IMG/VR virus record: IMGVR_UViG_3300031963_000013
DNA length: 64,000 nucleotides
Origin: a virus
Strand: one strand, 5' to 3'
Shown: piece after piece, positions 1 to 8,202 of the stretch
How the letters are laid out: every line of letters starts with the position of its first letter
Position numbering within the stretch: the stretch's first letter is position 1
Made by a program: the position numbers and the translations under genes
Notes under the pieces: generated by a model
Told to the model about the DNA's origin: nothing
The model's database searches: none
The model's input: the letters and a program-made list of their open reading frames with translations, nothing else

Positions 1-193
1 CGACGAACTGACCGACGCGGTCGAAACGCTCATAGATCACTTCGACCCTACATGCATGGTAGATTACGACAGCATCGAGCTTAGCATTAGCTACGATCGT
101 CGCATCGATATCGAGAGCGTCGACGTAGATCTCGAAGATCTTAAAACGGAAGTGACGGTGGCCATCCAAGAGTACTTCAAAAAGAACAGCTAA
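1..193 (+). CDS. hypothetical acidic protein, 5'-truncated by window edge
   Basis: Open frame from position 2 (DELTDAVETLIDHF...EYFKKNS) to TAA at 191-193. Confidence 0.6.
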   Translation, partial: DELTDAVETLIDHFDPTCMVDYDSIELSISYDRRIDIESVDVDLEDLKTEVTVAIQEYFKKNS

Positions 194-199
194 TCTACG

Positions 200-249
200 G
201 ATCGGGTACGGTAAGCCGGTGGGCGCGGGTTCGATTCCCGCCCCGATCG
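200..249 (+). ncRNA. miniature tRNA-like element (acceptor stem + T arm, no anticodon arm)
   Basis: GATCGGG(200-206)/CCCGATC(242-248) stem; GCGGG-TTCGATT-CCCGC T arm; only an 18-nt linker with a CGG/CCG hairpin between them. Confidence 0.6.
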
Positions 250-268
250 CAAATCAAAAACAAATACC

Positions 269-613
269 ATGGCAGAAAAAGAAGTTATGAACCTCGATTT
301 AAAGGCTGTGTATGTGTGCGTGTCATCGCGCGGCAAATGGGGCAAAGGACTCAACCCGTTTGAAGCTATCAAGAATGCTGGGCTGAGGCCCAACGCCAAG
401 ATGCAGCACTTTGTGCAGGCGGCGGTCTTCAACAACCCCACAGACGAAGAGCTGGACAATCTTTACACGTGCGTTATTGTGAACCATTACGGATCGCCCA
501 ATTTCTACGACTTTAACAGGGACGACAGCGAGGAATCGAAACGCGATAAAGAAATGATACAGCGGTTGCTGGTAGGCTGGATGACGGTGTTCTCTAACGT
601 TCCAAAAGACTAA
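269..613 (+). CDS. hypothetical protein
   Basis: 114-aa ORF, A-rich leader. Confidence 0.7.
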   Translation: MAEKEVMNLDLKAVYVCVSSRGKWGKGLNPFEAIKNAGLRPNAKMQHFVQAAVFNNPTDEELDNLYTCVIVNHYGSPNFYDFNRDDSEESKRDKEMIQRLLVGWMTVFSNVPKD

Positions 614-804
614 GACCGGTCGATCGTTAAACGTATATCGATATCGACGTATACGGCCGGGGGCCGGGCATTGTACAGTGTATACCGCGAGTTGGTGCTA
701 TCCCATGAGCGTTTGGGTCACGTTGGGCGCAGCCAAATAACAAACGATGTAAAACCATAAGCTTGAAAAAGGCTGTGCCCAACAGCGCCCGGTGCGCTCC
801 CAAC

Positions 805-969
805 GCAACTGATTGGTTTTCAAAGGATTGCTAATCTGTTGGTTGTCAATCGGTTGTAAATTCTTCATTGGAAACCAATGGACTATTTTTTAAAATATTT
901 TTTTGTTTGAAGGGTTTGGGGTACTTTTACCTTTCACCGCTGACAAAACAGCGACTGTACAACGTTATG
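805..969 (+). repeat. 165-bp promoter/operator block, copy 1 (copy 2 at 5177-5341)
   Basis: Colinear gap-free match at offset 4372, including CATTGGAAACCAATG and GTACTTTTACCTTTCA.CGCTGACAAAACAG.GACTGTACAA.GTTATG. Confidence 0.9.
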
Positions 970-1230
970 AAAGTAAGTGAATTGAATTTAACAATCGGGC
1001 AAAAGATCAAGCTTTACGTAAAAGTAGCAAGCGACGGATCCGGCCGTGCAATGGGACGCGGCATAGACGGTATCGAAAGCAATTTGGTGGAAGTCACCTG
1101 GAACGGGGGCATCTACGACGGTACTATGGGTAGCGCTATTCTGTTGGACGGAACTCACATAGGCATGCCGATATCTGCGAAAGACGTTATATCTGCGAAT
1201 CCTGAACTTAAACCAAAAAACTTAAACTGA
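967..1230 (+). CDS. hypothetical protein (probable start ATG 967)
   Basis: ATG lies at the end of the repeat block exactly as ATG 5339 does in copy 2. Confidence 0.7.
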   Translation: MKVSELNLTIGQKIKLYVKVASDGSGRAMGRGIDGIESNLVEVTWNGGIYDGTMGSAILLDGTHIGMPISAKDVISANPELKPKNLN

Positions 1231-1375
1231 GATGATCAATATTAATCGAAACGTTAGACAAAAGATCGAACAGGTAACCTATTGTGCAACTGTCTGTTTT
1301 GCTGTTATAACCATATCTCTTTGGGTTATAGGCAACATCGCTCTAATAATAAAACAACTAATAAAATAAAACGTT

Positions 1376-1780
1376 ATGAACGCAACATTAAAACAACAGC
1401 TCGAAGCATTTGAAAACGGAAAGTACGTAGACTCAAGCGGCAGAGAAGATCGTTGCTTCAACTTCTACGATTGGTTCTGTAGGGAATCTTCGCTTGAAGG
1501 AAAAGCAAAAAGACTTTTCGCGGTAGTTAAACGTTGGGTAAAAGAACGCAATACGGATACTGATAAGGTCTACGTATTCTTCAAAAACAACTGCCCTGTT
1601 AACGGACCTTTGTACGATGACTTTCGTATATGTGACTTAGAAACCGGAAATGTGATATGGACAGTTATACCAAAGTGTGGACACTCAGGCAAAGCAGAAG
1701 TTTGGGGAAGACAAAACAACTTCGAAGGCCCAATAGTTACCGCAGAAAATATGACGGGTATCTACAAACAATCATTCTAA
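1376..1780 (+). CDS. phage hypothetical protein
   Basis: 134-aa ORF with FYDWFC and FKNNCP..GPLYDDFRICD motifs. Confidence 0.75.
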   Translation: MNATLKQQLEAFENGKYVDSSGREDRCFNFYDWFCRESSLEGKAKRLFAVVKRWVKERNTDTDKVYVFFKNNCPVNGPLYDDFRICDLETGNVIWTVIPKCGHSGKAEVWGRQNNFEGPIVTAENMTGIYKQSF

Positions 1781-1798
1781 AAACAAAAACAATAGGTT

Positions 1799-2581
1799 AT
1801 GCAAATTTCATTATTTCAGCGCTACAAAGCTTACATTAACTCATTATCGATTGGAGAAACATACACTACCGACGATCTATACAAAAACGTCGGTTGCCAC
1901 GAGTCTTCTACTTGGTGGAAAAAACTTAACAAGCAAAGAATGTACCGCACATCAACGTACCAGACGTACCTTAAAAGGCTGGGCGCCTTGGAAAACGTCA
2001 AGCGCGGCACATGGAAGGTGTTGCACCACATTCCTGAGTGGTTCTATTCAAAGCACATGAATTACTTATTGGGTTACAGCGATAGATCAAGCGCAGAAAG
2101 CTTGGCAGTATTAGAAGCGATGGGTTGCCCTAAGGAAGCTATGCAGTCCATCTATATACCCGAATCGCAACGCACCAACCCGTTTAAATTAACTTCTTTG
2201 CAAACGGTGAGTTCTCCAAGCAAAGCAATCAATTCAATCATTAAATCAGAATCTCAAATAACTAATACGAACAATTCAACAAAAGCCGGTAATAGCGAAA
2301 CAGTATCAATCGATGTAAGACTGTTAAAGAAACTGTACGATGGTGCAAGCCAAGACATGAAAGATAGATTGCGGAAAGAATACGCTCCTCACTTTGAAAC
2401 GTTTTACGATTTTGGAGACTCGTTAGAACTTTCAACATCCCGCTTTGCGGGTCCACTCATGATCGCAAAAGGTCTTGCAGAAATGGGATACGAGAAAAAG
2501 TGTTTGGTAGTCGCATGTAATTACGAGCTCCACACTAAAATCTCCGGAGAAAACACCTTCCTTTACTTTATTGAGAAGTAA
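1799..2581 (+). CDS. hypothetical protein, possible N-terminal winged helix
   Basis: 260-aa ORF; YLKRLGALENVKRGTWKV resembles a wHTH wing. Confidence 0.65.
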   Translation: MQISLFQRYKAYINSLSIGETYTTDDLYKNVGCHESSTWWKKLNKQRMYRTSTYQTYLKRLGALENVKRGTWKVLHHIPEWFYSKHMNYLLGYSDRSSAESLAVLEAMGCPKEAMQSIYIPESQRTNPFKLTSLQTVSSPSKAINSIIKSESQITNTNNSTKAGNSETVSIDVRLLKKLYDGASQDMKDRLRKEYAPHFETFYDFGDSLELSTSRFAGPLMIAKGLAEMGYEKKCLVVACNYELHTKISGENTFLYFIEK

Positions 2582-2643
2582 GCGCTTTATACTGGTAAGT
2601 ATTATACCAATAGGTAAAAAAATTGTAAACGAAAATAAAAGTT

Positions 2644-3333
2644 ATGAAACTGTTAACAACGCAAAACTACAAGACAACAAAGGGAGAAAAGCTCGGTATC
2701 CTCACAGGTATACTGTATTTGGCTCCCGCAAAAATATCGGGTTTCGAAGTTTGCCCACGCAGGTCAGAGGGTTGTACGCAAGCGTGTTTATATTCTGCCG
2801 GCCGCGGCGCCTTCAGTACCGTACAAAAGTCTCGAATAGCAAAGACAAAGCTGTTCTTTGAAAATCGTGAAGCATTCATGAACACTCTCAGAAAGGACAT
2901 CAAGTCTATTGTCAAGACAGCAGAGAAGAAAAACATGGTACCTGCCGTAAGGCTCAACGGTACTTCCGACATCGAATGGACCCGCACAGGCATCATGGAA
3001 GAATTTCCCGATGTTCAGTTCTACGATTACACAAAAGTGCTGAACAGGTTGGATAAACAGTTGCCCAAGAACTACCACGTTACGTTCAGCAAGAACGAAG
3101 CTAACGAAGTAGAGTGCGAAGCTGCTTTGAAAATCGGTGCAAACGTTGCGGTTGTTTTCGATACAAAAAAGGGTGAACCATTACCAGCAGAGTGGAAGGG
3201 TTTCCCAGTTTACGACGGCGACGATACAGATGCTCGCTTCTTGGATCCAAAAGGTGGCCACGTAATAGGCCTAAGGGCAAAAGGTAAAGCCCGCAAAGAC
3301 ACAACAGGTTTCGTAGTAAAATTAAACAAATAA
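2644..3333 (+). CDS. Gp88-family phage protein (Cys-rich)
   Basis: LYLAP, VCP...GC...CLY.AGRG, RLNGTSD and FYDYTK motifs typical of the gene-product-88 family. Confidence 0.8.
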   Translation: MKLLTTQNYKTTKGEKLGILTGILYLAPAKISGFEVCPRRSEGCTQACLYSAGRGAFSTVQKSRIAKTKLFFENREAFMNTLRKDIKSIVKTAEKKNMVPAVRLNGTSDIEWTRTGIMEEFPDVQFYDYTKVLNRLDKQLPKNYHVTFSKNEANEVECEAALKIGANVAVVFDTKKGEPLPAEWKGFPVYDGDDTDARFLDPKGGHVIGLRAKGKARKDTTGFVVKLNK

Positions 3334-3513
3334 GTATGAAAAAAATAAAACAAATGGTCGAAAGCGCTTTTACAAAGATGGACGCTATCAATATGTTGAA
3401 TACGTGGAAACTGTTCGGTAACATCAGTGATAAGCAGTACGAAGCCGGCAGAGCTCTAATCAGAAAAGAGTTTGGAGAATAACAAAATATAAAATCAATA
3501 AAACATTAAATGT

Positions 3514-3699
3514 ATGATATATATGCCACTAGACCCCTTAGAACAACGCATTACATACATCCTCACAAAGCATGGAGCTTCACATTACAATATTAAATCT
3601 TATTTAGAAGACATATTTACCTTCAGTGATAGAGAATTATATCAAGAAGCAGATGATGAAGTTATTATTGAAGACTTTGAAGATTGGTTGGTAAAATAA
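3514..3699 (+). CDS. hypothetical protein
   Basis: 61-aa ORF in a co-directional gene run. Confidence 0.55.
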   Translation: MIYMPLDPLEQRITYILTKHGASHYNIKSYLEDIFTFSDRELYQEADDEVIIEDFEDWLVK

Positions 3700-3736
3700 A
3701 ATTTTAATATTATATTTAAAATATGGAAAATAAACG

Positions 3737-3964
3737 ATGACAAAATATAAAAGCTTCTATCCGCCTGTATGCCTTCAGGGCCCGATCAGTAAACAGTGGT
3801 GCTTCGGTTACGGTAAAGAAGACGATTACATAGAAGTGACTGAATGGGTCAACGGTGCGGGTTTCGACGTGGACATTGAGACGAGTCAAAGACAGCGGTT
3901 TCAATTGACGTGGGAACAGTACGAAGCTCTGAAAGCGTTGGTAAACAAAATAGAAAATCAATAA
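3737..3964 (+). CDS. hypothetical protein
   Basis: 75-aa ORF, IEVTEW.NG.GFD motif. Confidence 0.65.
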   Translation: MTKYKSFYPPVCLQGPISKQWCFGYGKEDDYIEVTEWVNGAGFDVDIETSQRQRFQLTWEQYEALKALVNKIENQ

Positions 3965-3975
3965 AACAAAATATC

Positions 3976-4410
3976 ATGGCAACAAGATCAATGATTGGAA
4001 AACTGAACGAAGACAAAAAAACTGTAACCGCTATCTACTGTCACTGGGACGGTTACTTAGAGAACAACGGTCAACTGTTAACTGAGAACTATGCAGATGC
4101 AAATAAGATCGATCAGCTGTTAGCGCTTGGAGATCTGAGTGTATTGGGCGAGGAGATCGGTGAGAAACACGATTTCGATACGACCGTTGAAAATAGTTGT
4201 ACCGCTTACGGAAGGGATAGGGGTGAAGAGGGCGTAGAAGCAAAAACGTACTCAATAGAGGAGTATAACTATAGCGATGCAGGAAACAAAAGAGGCGTAA
4301 GCTACGTTTATCTATTCGACGGAAAAGAGTGGCTGTATCAAGACTACAGCGCTAAAGGATGGAAACCGGTATCTATTAACTTGAAACTATTAAAAGAAAC
4401 AGCACGATGA
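3976..4410 (+). CDS. phage hypothetical protein (IYCHWDGY family)
   Basis: MATRSMIG...IYCHWDGY...AYGRDRGE...YVYLF; probable start ATG 3976. Confidence 0.75.
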   Translation: MATRSMIGKLNEDKKTVTAIYCHWDGYLENNGQLLTENYADANKIDQLLALGDLSVLGEEIGEKHDFDTTVENSCTAYGRDRGEEGVEAKTYSIEEYNYSDAGNKRGVSYVYLFDGKEWLYQDYSAKGWKPVSINLKLLKETAR

Positions 4411-4589
4411 ACAAAGTAGAAGCTTTCGTAGAATTGCAAATGAACGCCAACGCAGAAATAGACGAGCTCGGTGAAGTTTCAGAATACACAGCAAAAAAGC
4501 TTGAAGAAGTTGCAGATTTGCTATCACCAAAAGAAATAGAAGAAGCTATACAGCTATACGATAAAATAACAAAACCTTCCGACAAATGA
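4407..4589 (+). CDS. hypothetical protein
   Basis: ATGA overlaps with both neighbouring genes. Confidence 0.6.
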   Translation: MNKVEAFVELQMNANAEIDELGEVSEYTAKKLEEVADLLSPKEIEEAIQLYDKITKPSDK

Positions 4590-5077
4590 GCTTAAAAAGA
4601 CTAACTTTAGAAGAAGCAAAAATGTACAGGAAACTTCCTCAAGACGACCCAAGAACTATAAAACACGCGGTGGCATTCACGCTAACGCATGTTGAAGGCG
4701 AATCGGGTTGGGAAGAAGTTACCTACTACGGTGAGGGCATGATAGACCCTTCCCACGCTATAGCCAAACCCGAGTACGTCTACGTTCTCGTCAACCAATC
4801 GGTACCGGGTATATGCAAGATAGGCATGACTACCACTTCTGTTGCACAAAGAACAAAGGAGATAAACTCAGCCACAGGAGTTATAACGCCGTGGTACTGC
4901 GTATACAGCTACAGGTGTTTGAACTCGGCTTTACTCGAAAAGGAAGTGCACCACAGACTAGAAAGCATGGGATACCGAGTGAACGATAGGCGAGAGGGAT
5001 TTCGCATCGAGTCTGATAAAGCTGAGCTCATAATCGAAGAGGCAGCCAAATCAATCATGATTCAGGGATCCCCATAG
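4586..5077 (+). CDS. T5orf172/MUG113-type GIY-YIG domain protein
   Basis: YVYVLVN....G.CKIGMTT..V..R..E...ATGV..P, EKEVH, REGF. Confidence 0.8.
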   Translation: MSLKRLTLEEAKMYRKLPQDDPRTIKHAVAFTLTHVEGESGWEEVTYYGEGMIDPSHAIAKPEYVYVLVNQSVPGICKIGMTTTSVAQRTKEINSATGVITPWYCVYSYRCLNSALLEKEVHHRLESMGYRVNDRREGFRIESDKAELIIEEAAKSIMIQGSP

Positions 5078-5176
5078 TTCACTCCAGCGCTCACCCTTTA
5101 ACCCAATTTTAGGCGCTTAGGTTACCACAGCCTCATGGATCATACATTGGCCATGAGCTCCTGGGCTGATTCGGGT

Positions 5177-5341
5177 GTAACTGATTGGAAACCAACCTGT
5201 TGCTAATCCGTTGAAAACCAATCAGTTGTAAATTCTTCATTGGAAACCAATGGACTATTTTCCACCGAATTTTTTTATTTCAACCCTTTTATGTACTTTT
5301 ACCTTTCAGCGCTGACAAAACAGTGACTGTACAAAGTTATG
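5177..5341 (+). repeat. 165-bp promoter/operator block, copy 2
   Basis: Direct repeat of 805-969. Confidence 0.9.
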
Positions 5342-5602
5342 AACAAAATTAGTTTTATAGTAGGTCGCGATCGCGGAATATTCCTTCAGAAGGAATTAGA
5401 AGCTTGGGAAGGAGGTAAGAAAAATTGGAAGCTTGAAGTAAAAAACGAAGATGGTATTGATTGGTTGTATGTTGAAATTACAGACATCGGTAGCGTAGAT
5501 GCGCTCATACTCTTCCATGCAGGCGTAAGTGCAGGCTTCAACGCTGCAGTTGGCAGTTTAAATTCAAAAAAAGGTGTAACCGATAACGTAAATAACTATT
5601 AA
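5339..5602 (+). CDS. hypothetical protein
   Basis: 87-aa ORF immediately after the repeat block. Confidence 0.7.
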   Translation: MNKISFIVGRDRGIFLQKELEAWEGGKKNWKLEVKNEDGIDWLYVEITDIGSVDALILFHAGVSAGFNAAVGSLNSKKGVTDNVNNY

Positions 5603-5626
5603 TTAAACCAATAAAAATCAAAAGTT

Positions 5627-5983
5627 ATGACTCAACAAGAGATAAAAGAAATGGCAAAACGCGTGGTAGGAGACGGAGGCACGCCAAACAAGTGGTTCGT
5701 TACAACCGGTCCATACTATAGATCGAACGTATCAAACCCTGACTGGGAGTTCGAACTGATGGATGGATACTCAGAAAAAGACGTGTACACTTACGGACCT
5801 TTTGATACGTATGAAGATGCTGTCGATTGTTACGAAGCAGAAACGCTTTACGCAGACTCGGGCGTGTGCCAGGCGTTTATCGAAGACAGAAAGTGCGGTA
5901 CCGTAAGGGAGAAGTGGCTCACCAAAAAAGTGGTTGTAGAGTACGAAGAAGATGAAGTAGACCATTCGAAGATATTTTATTAA
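5627..5983 (+). CDS. hypothetical protein
   Basis: 118-aa ORF, AAAGTTATG start. Confidence 0.7.
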   Translation: MTQQEIKEMAKRVVGDGGTPNKWFVTTGPYYRSNVSNPDWEFELMDGYSEKDVYTYGPFDTYEDAVDCYEAETLYADSGVCQAFIEDRKCGTVREKWLTKKVVVEYEEDEVDHSKIFY

Positions 5984-5998
5984 ATTTAAAAAAAAGAC

Positions 5999-6190
5999 AT
6001 GATCAAAAAGCTATTGAACTCAATTAAAGAATTCCTTTTAGGCCAACGCAGAACCGGAGAAAAGGCGTATCCTCGAGTAAACAACGCTGTGAAAAATTAC
6101 CAAGAATTCACCAAAGACGAAATGGAAGCGTTCAACCGCTGGTGTTACGAATTAAATTTCAGTGGAATGTACCAAAGAAAACAATCTTAA
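5999..6190 (+). CDS. hypothetical protein
   Basis: 63-aa ORF. Confidence 0.6.
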   Translation: MIKKLLNSIKEFLLGQRRTGEKAYPRVNNAVKNYQEFTKDEMEAFNRWCYELNFSGMYQRKQS

Positions 6191-6264
6191 AACCGAAAAC
6201 AAAAACTTTTATACATCGACTTAACGTTGTATATTTACTATGTATTAATAATCAAAAACAGTTT

Positions 6265-6531
6265 ATGAAAAAACAAACAGCAAAAAGGACGTCTAACCGT
6301 CCAACGAGCTACAGAAAGCTCACTTACATTCAAAAAATGTCGTTAATCAACCGCAAACTCCGCATGGGTGATGTGTCAACTGTAGCAGAAGCTACAGGTT
6401 ACTCTACAACTCACGTGTCTGATGTGTTAAGCGGCAAGCAGTTCAACGATCGTATCGTTAACGAAGCTTACGACTACACCCGTGGACGCTTAGCTAATAC
6501 AATTAAGATCCAGAGACTAGCTACAGCCTAA
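6265..6531 (+). CDS. basic HTH DNA-binding protein
   Basis: GDVSTVAEATGYSTTHVSDVLSGK is an HTH signature; probable start ATG 6265. Confidence 0.7.
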   Translation: MKKQTAKRTSNRPTSYRKLTYIQKMSLINRKLRMGDVSTVAEATGYSTTHVSDVLSGKQFNDRIVNEAYDYTRGRLANTIKIQRLATA

Positions 6532-6590
6532 CTGGTACTCGGAACCTTTAAACACCTCTCGCTAACGTAAGGTTCGCGATTTGTTACAAC

Positions 6591-6646
6591 AAGATCGGTA
6601 AGTATGTGCATTTCTATGCATTACGCGCCGATCTTTTCTATTTTTT
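6591..6646 (+). terminator. probable intrinsic terminator
   Basis: AAGATCGGT/GCCGATCTT outer stem, TGCAT/ATGCA inner stem, T-rich tail. Confidence 0.5.
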
Positions 6647-6672
6647 AACTAAAACGATACAAAATAAAAGTT

Positions 6673-6987
6673 ATGCCAAAAGCTACAGTAAAAATAACAG
6701 ACAAAAAGAACAAAGTTATTTTCGAAAAGACGTGGGAAACAGCAGACGTGTCTAAGGCTGCACACAAGTTTTCTTCAATGTATCCGGATTGCTGGGTAAA
6801 TGTAACCGCTGACGAGAATAATTTCTCGGCGCTTTCTCCCATGAACATGCACAGGGACGAGAGACTTGTAGAAGAGGGACTATTGAGTTTTAACAAGTAC
6901 GTGACTAGGTGGTACGGCAAACAAGTAGCGAAGAAAACTGTAGAACAGGAATTAATTAAAGAATTCGGAGAAGAGGATATGGTGTAA
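6673..6987 (+). CDS. hypothetical protein
   Basis: 104-aa ORF, AAAAGTTATG start. Confidence 0.7.
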   Translation: MPKATVKITDKKNKVIFEKTWETADVSKAAHKFSSMYPDCWVNVTADENNFSALSPMNMHRDERLVEEGLLSFNKYVTRWYGKQVAKKTVEQELIKEFGEEDMV

Positions 6988-7059
6988 TCGTACGCAAAAC
7001 TAACATTTTTTAGTATCAACCCAATGCTATAGATTTATATAGATTAGTAAAAAAACAAA

Positions 7060-7146
7060 GGAGGTTTGGCAGAGCGGTCGAATGCGTCGGTCTTGAAAAC
7101 CGAAATACGGGAAACTGTATCTGGGGTTCGAATCCCTGAGCCTCCG
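7060..7146 (+). tRNA. tRNA-Ser(UGA)
   Basis: GGAGGTT/AGCCTCC acceptor, TCGGT-CTTGAAA-ACCGA anticodon arm, long variable arm, GGTTCGAATCC. Confidence 0.95.
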
Positions 7147-7149
7147 CTG

Positions 7150-7223
7150 GGACCCTTAGCTCAATTGGTTAGAGCACCTGACTCATAATCAGGGGGTCGT
7201 AGGTTCAAGTCCTACAGGGTCCA
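7150..7223 (+). tRNA. tRNA with CAU anticodon, probably Ile2 (lysidine) rather than Met
   Basis: GGACCCT/AGGGTCC acceptor, CCTGA-CTCATAA-TCAGG; body resembles bacterial tRNA-Ile2. Confidence 0.9.
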
Positions 7224-7443
7224 CAAAAATAAACTCATGAAAAAAGTAAAAATAACTGAAGAGGACTTACAGATAATTCAGTACTATTTAAAAGAAGCAA
7301 ACGAATACGGACTTGCAGTTGAGGTTGTGGCTTGGGCTCTTAAAAGCATGAAGGAGAATTCGCAAATAAGCGTATCAACAGCTATCGCTTTGGGAGCTTC
7401 AGAATGGGTAAAATAAAATCAGTAACCAAAAACCAAACATAAG

Positions 7444-7593
7444 ATGAAGAAAATCATCGCAATTACGATGGCTGCTTTTTTATTAGCGGCGTGTGGCTCA
7501 GGAGAGAGCACAGAACAAGTTACGACAGATTCTACAACAGTTGATTCTACAGTCGTTGATTCCGTTAAAGTAGCTGTAGATAGCACTAAGTAA
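7444..7593 (+). CDS. 49-aa lipoprotein
   Basis: MKKIIAITMAAFLLAA-C lipobox, then repeated DST/DSV; below ORF-track cutoff. Confidence 0.75.
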   Translation: MKKIIAITMAAFLLAACGSGESTEQVTTDSTTVDSTVVDSVKVAVDSTK

Positions 7594-7602
7594 TACGGAA
7601 AC

Positions 7603-7757
7603 TATCGGGTGGTGAAAAGCGTACGCACGGCATACACACCCTCTCGTCTCGAGGGCGCTGATTAGGAAACAGGTAACAGGATACGGGTTGACCACGAAGC
7701 ATGCTAATTTGTCTTTTACTGAATCCCAGTGTGAAGGTTCGAATCCTTCCCCGATAG
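7603..7757 (+). ncRNA. oversized tRNA-like RNA
   Basis: TATCGGG/CCCGATA acceptor, GAAGG-TTCGAAT-CCTTC T arm, 20-nt D loop, CCCTC-TCGTCTC-GAGGG arm, about 77-nt variable region. Confidence 0.75.
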
Positions 7758-7770
7758 CAAAAACTAAAAT

Positions 7771-7871
7771 AGTCAGGTGGCGAAATTGGTAACGCAAGCC
7801 TTCACAGAGCAACTGAACCGCAAGTGAGTGAAGCACGTAGGTTCTTACAGGTTCGAATCCTGTCCTGACTA
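7771..7871 (+). ncRNA. tRNA-scaffold RNA copy 1 (anticodon arm replaced)
   Basis: AGTCAGG/CCTGACT acceptor, Leu-type D arm, ACAGG-TTCGAAT-CCTGT T arm. Confidence 0.8.
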
Positions 7872-7874
7872 CTA

Positions 7875-8081
7875 TGAGTAAGAGATACTCAGAGTCTTTA
7901 ATTCAAGACTTAAACAATGAATAGGGTATTGGACTGGACATCCTTAAACGCCAGTCTCTTTGGAATAAAGCTAGGTAACAGAGGCTCCAAGTAGTTTGAC
8001 TAATTTTAAGAGGGTAAGACCCGCAGGTTTATTGAAAGAAAGAAAACCGATACATCTACTCACCTGTAATCTCAAGGTGGG
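7875..8081 (+). ncRNA. putative structured ncRNA between tRNA scaffolds
   Basis: No convincing ORF; several stems and complementary terminal loops GAGAT/ATCTC. Confidence 0.55.
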
Positions 8082-8087
8082 GAATAT

Positions 8088-8185
8088 AGTCAGGTGGCGG
8101 AATGGTAGACGCAGTTGATTACAACCCCGAGGTAAAATCTTGGCGCAAAAAGAGTTGATTACAGGTTCGAATCCTGTCCTGACTA
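8088..8185 (+). ncRNA. tRNA-scaffold RNA copy 2
   Basis: Same acceptor and T arm and near-identical D arm as copy 1, unrelated middle. Confidence 0.8.
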
Positions 8186-8202
8186 TTAAAACAATAAAAG
8201 TT

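Noticed and set aside
868-966. N-terminal extension of ORF 868..1230
   Set aside because: It lies within the non-coding promoter repeat; copy 2 places the start at ATG 967.
8114-8125. Ochre suppressor (TTA) anticodon in scaffold 2
   Set aside because: The GTTG-ATTA-CAAC loop is only 4 nt, not a 7-nt anticodon loop.
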